Shown: positions 56,057 to 63,908, numbered from the stretch's first letter. The stretch: DNA of 64,000 nucleotides from a virus (IMGVR_UViG_3300038679_000021:20560-84559); one strand, 5' to 3'. A program made the numbers and translations. The notes: generated by a model not told the origin, from the sequence alone.

Positions 56057-56120
56057 GGTATGACTTCGCTCTGCAAGGCTAAAAGGCAGGGTATGACTTC
56101 TTTTTAGAGGGTATGACTTC
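56057..56120. repeat. Three direct repeats GGTATGACTTC
   Basis: Copies at 56057-56067, 56090-56100, 56110-56120; the same motif occurs at 40768-40784. Confidence 0.85.
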
Positions 56121-56330
56121 TTAAAAAGGGTAGTACTTTAACTCTACGAGGTCGTAAAAACGCACTATTGGGGGCGAAAGACAAAATAAGGACGCTGTTA
56201 TCTTTCGTGGACGTTCTGGTGCTGAAAAATAAAAAACGCACGAAAAAATGCAGATAAAAATACCGAAAAATGCAAATAAAAAATACATGTGACTAGGGAA
56301 CAGGAAAACGCCAATCCTAATCTGGGCAAG

Positions 56331-56363
56331 CAAAAAGGCCGGAAGCTTTCGCCTCCGGCCTTT
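56331..56363 (-). terminator. Intrinsic terminator
   Basis: Stem AAAGGCCGGA/TCCGGCCTTT with U-tract on the minus strand, right after the 56382 stop. Confidence 0.8.
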
Positions 56364-56381
56364 GCCGTTGCCTATCGCGTG

Positions 56382-56645
56382 CTAGGGTTTGGGAGTCTCC
56401 CGCTTGCCTAGCATCGCAAGCTTGTAGCATCCGAGTCCGGAATCATGTGCGGTATCCGCTGCCTGTGCGAGAATCCCGCAGAATTCCGAAAAGGAATCCC
56501 GCTTGGCCGTGCGGAAAAGCTCCGCCGCGGTAAAGATTCGGCCATGCGCGGGGCCTTTGGCGTTCAGTGCGGTCAGCATATCGGCCCGGTATCCTTGCGC
56601 GGCGGTCGTCGTCGCGGTCGTCGCGGTCGTCGTCGTCTTCTTCAT
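56382..56645 (-). CDS. Early small protein, paralog of 60652..60879
   Basis: Start MKKTTTT; shared C-terminal EF.G.LA...D...DS.LGCYKLA..G.RE. Confidence 0.75.
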   Translation of the reverse strand: MKKTTTTATTATTTAAQGYRADMLTALNAKGPAHGRIFTAAELFRTAKRDSFSEFCGILAQAADTAHDSGLGCYKLAMLGKRETPKP

Positions 56646-56686
56646 TCTGGCCTTTCCGGCGGGAGGGTTGTCTCCCGCTCGCGATA

Positions 56687-56714
56687 ATTCTAGCAAAGTT
56701 TCCGGCGTTGTCTA
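56687..56714 (-). promoter_or_regulatory. Sigma70-like promoter
   Basis: TAGACA-16-TAGAAT with TGn extension. Confidence 0.6.
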
Positions 56715-56820
56715 TCGTTTTTTGTGTTAGGATTCTGTTAAGGAATGGTTAGGAAAAATGTGATGAAAAAGTCAATTCGTGTTATCGGTTCAATTTCCGT
56801 GCCATCGCCGTTTTTGATAA

Positions 56821-57083
56821 TGTGGGAAAATGCTTATCATTTTCAAAGGTGATTTCCCATTATCATATTTGATTATCAGATTTGATAATGCCTCATTGTC
56901 AATTTCACCTATCAAATTTGGCAACAGGACATCAGATTTGCTTATCAAATATGCTTATCAATTCTGGTAACAGACATATCAGATTTGATAAATCATCTTT
57001 GCCATTGTGGGAATTGATAATGTCATTTTGCAGAATGTCAAAGGTGATATTATCAGATTTGCCAATTTGGGAATTTTCCCACA
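56821..57083. repeat. AT-rich array of ~7-8 (T/C)ATCA(G/A/T)ATTTG-type repeats with three DnaA-box-like TGTGGGAA/TTCCCACA sites
   Basis: Copies start at 56861, 56874, 56910, 56930, 56943, 56977, 57051 (degenerate 56956); box-like sites at 56821, 57006, 57075. Confidence 0.8.
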
Positions 57084-57400
57084 GACTGCCCGAATGAGGG
57101 AAACCCATAAGTGACCACCAACTTAATGCCACAACAGGTTTTCTTACAGGTATCGCAACCGTGCCCCTTGCGACCGACGACCACTATACAGCCTCAAGAC
57201 TTCCGACAAACGACATGGCAAGCCTACAGAACTAGAAAACCACCACGGGGCAATCCTCACCATTGTTTACAGACAACAGAACTGACTCCCACTGCGTTTG
57301 CATAAAGGCCACTACCAAACTTAACCAAAACCTTTATTTCCTTACAGACCCCACATGGGGTGCGCGAAAGAGCCTAGCTGTTACGCTAGGTTCCGTCTTC

Positions 57401-57751
57401 TCAGTTCCAGTTTTCGCGGATTTTTTCGAGGATGGTCAACGGGTCTCCCTCCGGTTCCATGAGATGTTGGATCAGAGCCGCACGGATCAGCCTCATATCC
57501 ATATCGCAGGGTTTCACGATGATCTGTCCTTCCCTCTCATTCAAGATCTGAAATTCCACGAGCAGTTCATTTCCGCAAATCTCAGAGAAGAGGATGCGGG
57601 ACCGCCAGAAGCGGAGGATCAGCGTGTTGATGTCCACGATCTCCCCGTCTCCCTCGATGTAGACGGGCTTGTTATAGTTCATGATCGCATCGGCGACGGT
57701 GATTTCCGTTTCCCTCGCCGGGTTATATCCGCCAATTCTCATCGTTGTCAT
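57401..57751 (-). CDS. Early hypothetical protein
   Basis: Own promoter and RBS; likely start MTTMRIGG. Confidence 0.65.
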   Translation of the reverse strand: MTTMRIGGYNPARETEITVADAIMNYNKPVYIEGDGEIVDINTLILRFWRSRILFSEICGNELLVEFQILNEREGQIIVKPCDMDMRLIRAALIQHLMEPEGDPLTILEKIRENWN

Positions 57752-57793
57752 TCTGTCCCTTCCGCGGGTTGTGGCCCGCTTGTCTAGGGTGGA

Positions 57794-57822
57794 AGTTTCG
57801 CATGAGAACGGCAGAGTGTCTA
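57794..57822 (-). promoter_or_regulatory. Sigma70-like promoter (leader family B)
   Basis: TAGACA-17-GAAACT, TGn; leader similar to 60197-60264. Confidence 0.55.
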
Positions 57823-58048
57823 GCAGAAAAGTACCGGAATTTTTCGAGACCTGACAGACAACAATACAACTAACAACGACCGTGCCGCCGCCGCGCATTT
57901 TAACCAGAACCAAGGGCGTGTTGAGCGCGTCGGGCACGACCCACGACGCTAGAGACCACTAGGTATAATCTTTTCATAACGCATGGAGGACTACAGTACT
58001 TAATCCTATCAGGGGGAATCGTACAGACGCCTTATTGAGCAGAGACGG

Positions 58049-58073
58049 GAAAGCCCCGGTTCCTAGCCGGGGC
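58049..58073 (-). terminator. Intrinsic terminator
   Basis: GCCCCGG/CCGGGGC stem then TTT on the minus strand. Confidence 0.6.
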
Positions 58074-58085
58074 GATTCCACTACT

Positions 58086-58400
58086 CTAGAGGTTTCCCAT
58101 CCAGTAGATCAGATGCTCGATCCCCGAGCAGGCCAACCACTCCTCAGAGGCTTCGTTGCGGTCCTTGATCGTGATATCGAAGGACGGACCCAAGTGCCAG
58201 TCATCGAAAGGCTCAAGCCCGTTCATCGGTCCCTTTTTGTAGGGGAGGATCACGGCCAGTCCTTCTTCCCCTTCGTAAACCACCGGAGCCCTCTTCCGCG
58301 CCTCGATGATTCCCTCATCGGAGATCGGCACCACAAGCCAGAAGTCTCCATCCATCAATTCCAGTTTCGCGGTCCTCGCTTCATGCAGTTCACCACTCAT
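58086..58400 (-). CDS. Early hypothetical protein
   Basis: Likely start MSGELH after promoter and leader. Confidence 0.65.
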   Translation of the reverse strand: MSGELHEARTAKLELMDGDFWLVVPISDEGIIEARKRAPVVYEGEEGLAVILPYKKGPMNGLEPFDDWHLGPSFDITIKDRNEASEEWLACSGIEHLIYWMGNL

Positions 58401-58437
58401 CTTGCCCTTCCCTTTCTGGCCTTTTGCGGCCTGAAAG

Positions 58438-58466
58438 ATAATCGCAAATCCGACGGAAGTTGTCCA
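58438..58466 (-). promoter_or_regulatory. Sigma70-like promoter (leader family A)
   Basis: TGGACA-17-GATTAT, TGn. Confidence 0.55.
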
Positions 58467-58496
58467 TCGGAAAGTGCGATTATTTTCAGCCACAAC

Positions 58497-58808
58497 TCAG
58501 TAGATTCTGGAGAGAAGCAAAGCCTTCCACAACTGGAGGCTTTTCGCTTCGCAGGAAAGCCATTCCCCAATCGTGAGATCGGAAGTGATCTTCACGACTT
58601 CAATCGTGGTATCCCAGAATTCGGAGTGCCGAAGGACCACTCCATCCTCTTGGTTCAGGAGGACAACATCCGGATGTTCTGCGCTTCCGAAATGCGCCAA
58701 CAACTCATTCCTCGCTGCATTCGTTTCGGTGAATGCGATCCAACAACTGTGATCGCTTCCGTCTTCGTAAATCCCGTCGAAGTGAAGCAGTCCAATCTTA
58801 CTACTCAT
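58497..58808 (-). CDS. Early hypothetical acidic protein
   Basis: Likely start MSSKIG; GAGG RBS. Confidence 0.65.
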   Translation of the reverse strand: MSSKIGLLHFDGIYEDGSDHSCWIAFTETNAARNELLAHFGSAEHPDVVLLNQEDGVVLRHSEFWDTTIEVVKITSDLTIGEWLSCEAKSLQLWKALLLSRIY

Positions 58809-58844
58809 CTCATCCTCTTTCTGCGGATTTCGGCCCGCAGATGT

Positions 58845-58873
58845 AGAGTAGTAAATCCAACGGAAGTTGTCTA
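58845..58873 (-). promoter_or_regulatory. Sigma70-like promoter
   Basis: TAGACA-17-TACTCT; spacer nearly identical to the 58438-58466 promoter. Confidence 0.55.
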
Positions 58874-58975
58874 TAGAAAAACGAAAGAATTTTTCAGCAA
58901 CCACCGTGCCTCGCGCGTCACGACCCTACAACATGGCGCGGAGAAGCCCATGGTTTCCCATGGGCCTCCACCACT

Positions 58976-59215
58976 CTAGTGCTGCCCGGTCGCCTTCAGA
59001 TAGGCTTCCGATACGACTCCATGGAGTTTCTCCCAGAGTTCATGGTCTTCCCTCGACCACTCCCAGTAGGCTCCGAATGCGGCGGGCTGGAGCATCAACA
59101 ACTCCGAGTCCAGTTCTCCGGAGATTTTCTCCAGACGACTCCGAATGTCCTCCAGTCGGATCAGGAATTCGGTTTTCGTCTCCGGCTCACGACTATGGCT
59201 GATTTTCTTTCCCAC
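58976..59215 (-). CDS. Early hypothetical protein
   Basis: Likely GTG start after GAGGGAG. Confidence 0.6.
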   Translation of the reverse strand: MGKKISHSREPETKTEFLIRLEDIRSRLEKISGELDSELLMLQPAAFGAYWEWSREDHELWEKLHGVVSEAYLKATGQH

Positions 59216-59253
59216 GACTCCCTCTGCCTTTCTGGCCTTGTGCGGCCAAGTGA

Positions 59254-59282
59254 ATAATCCCAAAATGACGATGAGAAGTCAA
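59254..59282 (-). promoter_or_regulatory. Sigma70-like promoter (leader family A)
   Basis: TTGACT-17-GATTAT, TGn. Confidence 0.6.
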
Positions 59283-59470
59283 TAGGAAAAACGATGAATT
59301 TTTCAGGTATTTTCGCGACCACCGTGCCGCCAGCGCACTACCGACCACCGACGACCATTCACCACTGCACTTCATATCCTAGTGACAGGAAATAGACTAC
59401 AAAACTTAACAGGAAGTTTCCCATCCTTACAAGTGTAGGGACAGGAAACTTAACCTCTTTTCTTGAAGTC

Positions 59471-59740
59471 TTACTCGAAGAACTGCCGAACCTTGACTGC
59501 CTCATCGTGGATGGTGAACAAGAACCCAAAGTAGTCTTCGGCCTTGTCACGGGCCGCGTCTGTCAACAGCAGGCCCCACCTATTCTGGATTCTGTTCCAG
59601 ACAAACCGGAGATGCTCGTAGTTCCACGCGGATTCCTGCATGGAGATCAACAGCCAGAGAGGCCCGTAGATGAACCGGAGATTTTCCTTCTCGGCGACTT
59701 CCATTGCCAACAGATGCCCTAGCACTTTTACCATTTTCAT
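59471..59740 (-). CDS. Early hypothetical protein
   Basis: 89 aa; GGAG RBS. Confidence 0.6.
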   Translation of the reverse strand: MKMVKVLGHLLAMEVAEKENLRFIYGPLWLLISMQESAWNYEHLRFVWNRIQNRWGLLLTDAARDKAEDYFGFLFTIHDEAVKVRQFFE

Positions 59741-59805
59741 TTCGGTCTCCTAAAAGAGAACCCGCGCCGATGCGAAAGGGACACCGGCGCGGGAGGGGGA
59801 AGATG

Positions 59806-60045
59806 TTACAGAACCCGGATGGTTCCTCCGAAGTTTTCTGCCAAAACGGTGCAGAAGGTGAAGAGGTTCGTGACCGACTCCGCTCCCATCCGGAGGATCA
59901 TGGCGAGGACTTCCTCGATGGAAGTATCCATGTACGGGACTTCCGGGTGATTCTGGTCGGCGGGCATCAGGGGGAACGAGAAGCTCCCGTTTCCGAAGAG
60001 ACAGAAAGCCTGCATGTCTCCCACGTTCTTGAGGCGGATTTTCAT
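59806..60045 (-). CDS. Early hypothetical protein
   Basis: ATGA overlap with upstream ORF. Confidence 0.6.
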   Translation of the reverse strand: MKIRLKNVGDMQAFCLFGNGSFSFPLMPADQNHPEVPYMDTSIEEVLAMILRMGAESVTNLFTFCTVLAENFGGTIRVL

Positions 60046-60191
60046 TCTTCGACACTCCATGTCTGGAAGTCCCGCGACTCCCGTTCGATGTTACGGTTGC
60101 GAATCTCCCTTGCGAGACTCCCGATCAAGAGGATCAGCACTGCGGTAATCAGCACTCCCTCTCCGATCCTTCCGTTTTCCAGCACTCTCAT
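60042..60191 (-). CDS. Small single-TM protein
   Basis: GVLITAVLILLIGSLA hydrophobic segment; AAGGA RBS. Confidence 0.55.
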   Translation of the reverse strand: MRVLENGRIGEGVLITAVLILLIGSLAREIRNRNIERESRDFQTWSVEE

Positions 60192-60235
60192 CCGATCCTT
60201 TCCGGCGGGGTGTGGCCCGCTCTTTCGATGGTGGA

Positions 60236-60264
60236 AGTATCGCATGGGAACTATTCCGGAGCAA
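60236..60264 (-). promoter_or_regulatory. Sigma70-like promoter (leader family B)
   Basis: TTGCTC-17-GATACT, TGn. Confidence 0.55.
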
Positions 60265-60290
60265 GAAGTTTCTGCAAGTATTTTCAGCTA

Positions 60291-60473
60291 CTACATCGCC
60301 GCTTCGGTGATCTCGCGGACAAACTCCGGGTGCTTCTTCAAGTCTTCGCGGAAGATACGCACAGTGGTAGCGATGGTATCCTCCATCCCGTATTCCGCGA
60401 TGACTTCGGTGATCGGGATCGGATGCTTGCCGACTCCCGCCAGAATCTCTCTGAAGAACTGCTCAATCGTCAT
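60291..60473 (-). CDS. Early small protein
   Basis: Likely start MTIEQF. Confidence 0.6.
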   Translation of the reverse strand: MTIEQFFREILAGVGKHPIPITEVIAEYGMEDTIATTVRIFREDLKKHPEFVREITEAAM

Positions 60474-60508
60474 ACTTGCCTTCTTTCTAGCCTTTTGCGG
60501 CTGGAGAG

Positions 60509-60537
60509 ATAATCGCAATTTAGACAGAATTTGTCAA
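60509..60537 (-). promoter_or_regulatory. Sigma70-like promoter (leader family A)
   Basis: TTGACA-17-GATTAT, TGn. Confidence 0.65.
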
Positions 60538-60618
60538 TAGGGTTCGACAAGATATTTCAAAGACGACCGTGCCCGGTGCGACTGACGACGACGAACGCCC
60601 AATCACTTCACATGGAAA

Positions 60619-60640
60619 TACCCCGCATCGCTGCGGGGTA
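60619..60640 (-). terminator. Intrinsic terminator
   Basis: TACCCCGCA/TGCGGGGTA stem then TTT. Confidence 0.65.
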
Positions 60641-60651
60641 CTCCGTTTAGA

Positions 60652-60879
60652 CTACTGGGCCTCGCGGGAACCGGCCAGCGCGAGCTTGTAGCACCCCAAC
60701 TTGGAGTCCCCCATCTCGTCGGTAATCTCCGCGAGAACGCCGATGAACTCCTTGAGGGAATCGCCCGACGTTGCGTAGAGCTTCACCATGTCCTGCACCC
60801 GTTCGTGCGCCGGGGACTTCTTGGCGGCGACTTCGGCCATGGCCTTGCGAACCTGCGGGTCCAACTTCTTCTGCTTCAT
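60652..60879 (-). CDS. Early small protein, paralog of 56382..56645
   Basis: AAGGAG RBS; LGCYKLA motif. Confidence 0.75.
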   Translation of the reverse strand: MKQKKLDPQVRKAMAEVAAKKSPAHERVQDMVKLYATSGDSLKEFIGVLAEITDEMGDSKLGCYKLALAGSREAQ

Positions 60880-60923
60880 ACTACTCCTTCTGATTGGGTT
60901 CCTTCCCAATCGTTACAAGTGTG

Positions 60924-60952
60924 AGTTTACATGATTTAACGAAGAGATGCAA
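60924..60952 (-). promoter_or_regulatory. Sigma70-like promoter
   Basis: TTGCAT-17-TAAACT. Confidence 0.6.
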
Positions 60953-61140
60953 GCAAAAAGAACCGATTTTACGATTTATTTTAGCAACTCCACATGCTTA
61001 TTTGAGCAACAGACGACGGCGACATTTGTGCCACGACGCACGACTGACGACTAGACATGGTTTCACTTGAAGTCTGAAAGAGAGGACAGAAAACTTAACG
61101 CCACTTAAAGGAAGCTTACAGATGCTTACAAGTACGCGAA

Positions 61141-61164
61141 GAAGCCCTCTGTTACGAGGGCTTC
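61141..61164 (-). terminator. Terminator-like hairpin
   Basis: GAAGCCCTC/GAGGGCTTC stem just after the 61175 stop. Confidence 0.55.
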
Positions 61165-61174
61165 TCGTTGTGGG

Positions 61175-61732
61175 CTACAGAGCCCCGTGGTATGCCTTGG
61201 TCATCTTGTAGTTACGAGCGTTCTCCATCTGGAACCGCTTCTGGGTGAACTTCACTTTGAGTTGCCCCGCGAGACGTGCGATCTTGTCGTATCCCCAACC
61301 GGCCTTGAGAAGCTCCCCAACGAGATCGGCCTTGTTGCTCTCCCACGCGTCGGCATCCATCAGGATACGAGCGAGTTGCTTCATCCCGCCCACGGTGTTC
61401 AGGGCTTCTCGGACTTCCGCCTGTTGCTGATCCGCGAACTCTTCCATGATCCGGAAGAGGATCACAGCCATCGGGCGTTTCTGTGCGAGAGTCTCCTTAC
61501 TGACTTTCTTGGTTTCTTCCTTGTCCATCGCGGCATGAACAAACTCGTAGGCTGCGGCGTATTTCTCGCCGGACAGCCACTTGTTCGCCAGTTGGATACG
61601 GGGTGCCATCCCGAATCCCATCTCCACCATCAGGGCATCCATCGCGGCCACAATCGTCTGGGACCGCTCCGGCTCTTTCGCGAGCAACAATCCGTTCGTT
61701 GCCCTCATACCCTTGATCTCTTCTCCGTTCAC
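61175..61732 (-). CDS. Early hypothetical helical protein
   Basis: 185 aa, GC3-rich, own promoter. Confidence 0.7.
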   Translation of the reverse strand: MNGEEIKGMRATNGLLLAKEPERSQTIVAAMDALMVEMGFGMAPRIQLANKWLSGEKYAAAYEFVHAAMDKEETKKVSKETLAQKRPMAVILFRIMEEFADQQQAEVREALNTVGGMKQLARILMDADAWESNKADLVGELLKAGWGYDKIARLAGQLKVKFTQKRFQMENARNYKMTKAYHGAL

Positions 61733-61772
61733 TCTTCCCTCGCCTTTCTTCCGGAATCCTTCCGGTGCCTGT

Positions 61773-61800
61773 ATCCTAGCATAGTAACGGAGAGTGTCAA
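61773..61800 (-). promoter_or_regulatory. Sigma70-like promoter
   Basis: TTGACA-16-TAGGAT, TGn. Confidence 0.65.
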
Positions 61801-61865
61801 AGCTTTTACGAAAGATATTTTCAGCATACTGACCGGAACTGCTCCTGCGGCACGCGATGAAAAGA

Positions 61866-61896
61866 CCCGCTGGGGGAAAGGCGTAACCCCAGCGGG
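61866..61896 (-). terminator. Intrinsic terminator
   Basis: CCCGCTGGGG/CCCCAGCGGG stem then TCTTTT. Confidence 0.7.
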
Positions 61897-61913
61897 CCTA
61901 GGTGGAAACTTGG

Positions 61914-62288
61914 CTACTGCGGCTTGTAGTTGACGATCTGCTCGATCATGCGGTGGAGATCGGTCGTGGACAGCCTCTCCCCCACGAAGGGAGCGACGTA
62001 GAACATCAGATCGTCCATGGGCATTCCCCGCTGCGCCATGCGTTGAATCGCGATGACGAGATGCTCGTTCTTCACCGCGAACATGCGCGGGAGGAAGTTC
62101 GTCGTCAACTTCTCCCGGAATTCGTAACGGCCATCCGGCATCTTGTTCGTGTGGAACGTCTGCCCCGCCGTCAACTGGAGATCGACCTCGAATCCGTCCC
62201 GCGAGATCAGGCACAGCTTCCGGTCAACTTTCAGGCCGTCGCTTTCCGAAGCGTCCACAATCCCTCCGTTCACACTCATCTTATGCAT
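61914..62288 (-). CDS. Early hypothetical protein
   Basis: AAGGAG RBS before MHKMSV. Confidence 0.7.
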   Translation of the reverse strand: MHKMSVNGGIVDASESDGLKVDRKLCLISRDGFEVDLQLTAGQTFHTNKMPDGRYEFREKLTTNFLPRMFAVKNEHLVIAIQRMAQRGMPMDDLMFYVAPFVGERLSTTDLHRMIEQIVNYKPQ

Positions 62289-62337
62289 TCTCCGACTCCT
62301 TCTTCTTGCGGGATCGGTATGATTCCCGCTGGTATGG

Positions 62338-62365
62338 ATTCTAGCAGAATGCACTGAAAGATCAA
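62338..62365 (-). promoter_or_regulatory. Sigma70-like promoter
   Basis: TTGATC-16-TAGAAT, TGn. Confidence 0.6.
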
Positions 62366-62387
62366 GAAGAAAATACTAGAAAAACTC

Positions 62388-62405
62388 CCTGCAATCGATT
62401 GCAGG
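62388..62405. promoter_or_regulatory. Perfect 18-bp palindrome CCTGCAATCGATTGCAGG upstream of promoter
   Basis: Read directly. Confidence 0.75.
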
Positions 62406-62458
62406 TAACGACCGTGCCCAGTGCGCCACGACCGACGACGGCCACATGAGAGACAAGA

Positions 62459-62488
62459 GAAAGCCGGGGGCCACTGGCACCCCCGGCT
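62459..62488 (-). terminator. Intrinsic terminator
   Basis: AGCCGGGGG/CCCCCGGCT stem then TTCTCTT. Confidence 0.65.
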
Positions 62489-62505
62489 CCACCGAACCGC
62501 TCGTG

Positions 62506-63195
62506 TTAGCTCGGTGACGCTCCATGATCCTTCCGCCACGCGATTGCGGGAGGAAGCGAACAGTTCAACCGATCCGGACAGTCATCGCACCTGTGGCCGT
62601 CGGCGGGATCTTCACCATCGGGATCACCGGGCTCCCCGATGCGGATACCTCCGAGGATTTCCTCCAGACGCGTCATCAGCGCGTCACCGGAAAGTCCCGC
62701 GAAAGGACTGGCGGCTTTCCCCGCGACCTTCTCCGTGACCTTCAGGACTCCTCTCGCGAAGTCCACGATTGCGTTCGACTTCAGATCGTAATCACCGAGA
62801 TCGGCCAACTTCGTGAGAAGCGGAGTCGGAACGTTCTCGTTGAACTCCCGGAGAACCTGCATCTCGATTGAGTGGAAGATCACCGTTCGGAACTTCTCGT
62901 CCATCGCGTTGAACTGCCGCACAAAGGAGTTGTAGTCCGGAACTCCTTCGATGGACCTACCCGCCTTGGCGATCTTGTGGTTGATTCCCAACCGGATCGA
63001 CGTGAGAAGAATCTGCGCGGGATGCCCAACGGAGGCCATCCGGGACATCCTGCGGAGATCGTCCACGCGCGCCTTGATGTCATCGCGACGTTCGCGGAAC
63101 GGCTCTGTCATCGTCGTCGGGAGACTCGCGAGAATCTCCACGATGAAGTTGAAGAGATCGGTCACCAAGCTCAGGACTGTCTTCATCAGGTTCAT
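62506..63195 (-). CDS. Early hypothetical protein with C-terminal CxxC..C motif
   Basis: 229 aa; GAAGGAG RBS; HRCDDCPDRLNC. Confidence 0.7.
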   Translation of the reverse strand: MNLMKTVLSLVTDLFNFIVEILASLPTTMTEPFRERRDDIKARVDDLRRMSRMASVGHPAQILLTSIRLGINHKIAKAGRSIEGVPDYNSFVRQFNAMDEKFRTVIFHSIEMQVLREFNENVPTPLLTKLADLGDYDLKSNAIVDFARGVLKVTEKVAGKAASPFAGLSGDALMTRLEEILGGIRIGEPGDPDGEDPADGHRCDDCPDRLNCSLPPAIAWRKDHGASPS

Positions 63196-63431
63196 TCTTC
63201 GACTCCTTCTTCATCCAACTCCTCAGAAAGGTTCAGCGACCCTCCGAGGATAACTGACGGGTCATCTGCATCGGGGACTTCCCGCGCAAAGATTTCCCGC
63301 ATCACCTTCTTGTTCTCGCGGACGATTTCATCCACGCTCATTCTCGTCTCCCAAAAGACGGGCGGGAGGGGAAGAAGGAGGAAGACCCCTGCGCCGCCCT
63401 ACTGAAATCTGCGTACTCCTTCTTCATTGGA

Positions 63432-63635
63432 TCACTGCTGCTGTTCGGACGGGGGCTTCGCCATCGTGAACCGCTTGTCGGCCACCGCGATGTCGCGGAG
63501 TCGCACCCAGCTTTCCCCGTACATCGCACGCTGGGGAGGCTTGCTTCCCGGAACGATGTTGTCGCGGACTCCCCGCTTCTTCAAGCGGTTGAACAGGGTT
63601 TTCCCGCTTCCGTAGTACGGCTTTCCGGTCTTCAT
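63432..63635 (-). CDS. Small basic early protein
   Basis: AAGGAG RBS; ATGA overlap. Confidence 0.55.
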   Translation of the reverse strand: MKTGKPYYGSGKTLFNRLKKRGVRDNIVPGSKPPQRAMYGESWVRLRDIAVADKRFTMAKPPSEQQQ

Positions 63636-63775
63636 TCCCAGAACTCCTTCTGCCCCGGACGGGGGCGGCCCTTCATGCTGACCTTCGGGCACTCCTTCGT
63701 TTCGTGATCTTTCCCGCACCAGCGGCAGGGATACTCATCCCGGTTCCGCTTCCGCCACTGCTTCCGCATCTGCAT
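63632..63775 (-). CDS. Small basic zinc-knuckle-like protein
   Basis: CRWCGKDHETKEC (C-X2-C-X3-H-X4-C); GAGGAG RBS. Confidence 0.6.
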   Translation of the reverse strand: MQMRKQWRKRNRDEYPCRWCGKDHETKECPKVSMKGRPRPGQKEFWE

Positions 63776-63818
63776 CACTGTCTCCTCTTCTTTGCCAGTG
63801 GTATTCTGGCGTGAGTGC

Positions 63819-63847
63819 ATTCTAGGGTAGGCGACGGAGAATGTCAA
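63819..63847 (-). promoter_or_regulatory. Near-consensus sigma70 promoter
   Basis: TTGACA-17-TAGAAT. Confidence 0.75.
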
Positions 63848-63888
63848 TAGGTTTACGGAATTTATTTTCAAGAAACTACGGAAAGATT

Positions 63889-63908
63889 ACCTGCAATCGT
63901 TTGCAGGT
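63889..63908. promoter_or_regulatory. Palindrome ACCTGCAATCGTTTGCAGGT (one mismatch) upstream of promoter
   Basis: Read directly. Confidence 0.7.

Noticed and set aside
43628-56808. 14-bp match TTCCGTGCCATCGC at 43628 and 56795
   Set aside because: A single pair, one copy intragenic; compatible with chance.
57317-61099. ACTTAAC copies as integron attC ends (fit RYYYAAC)
   Set aside because: All are in one orientation with no matching GTTRRRY forming an attC hairpin, and no integron integrase is in the window.
28-63615. Numerous plus-strand ORFs in the six-frame track (e.g. 3218..3928, 19542..20648, 38517..39470, 58035..58979)
   Set aside because: They lie antisense to well-supported minus-strand genes and show no recognisable motifs; treated as shadows of biased codon usage.
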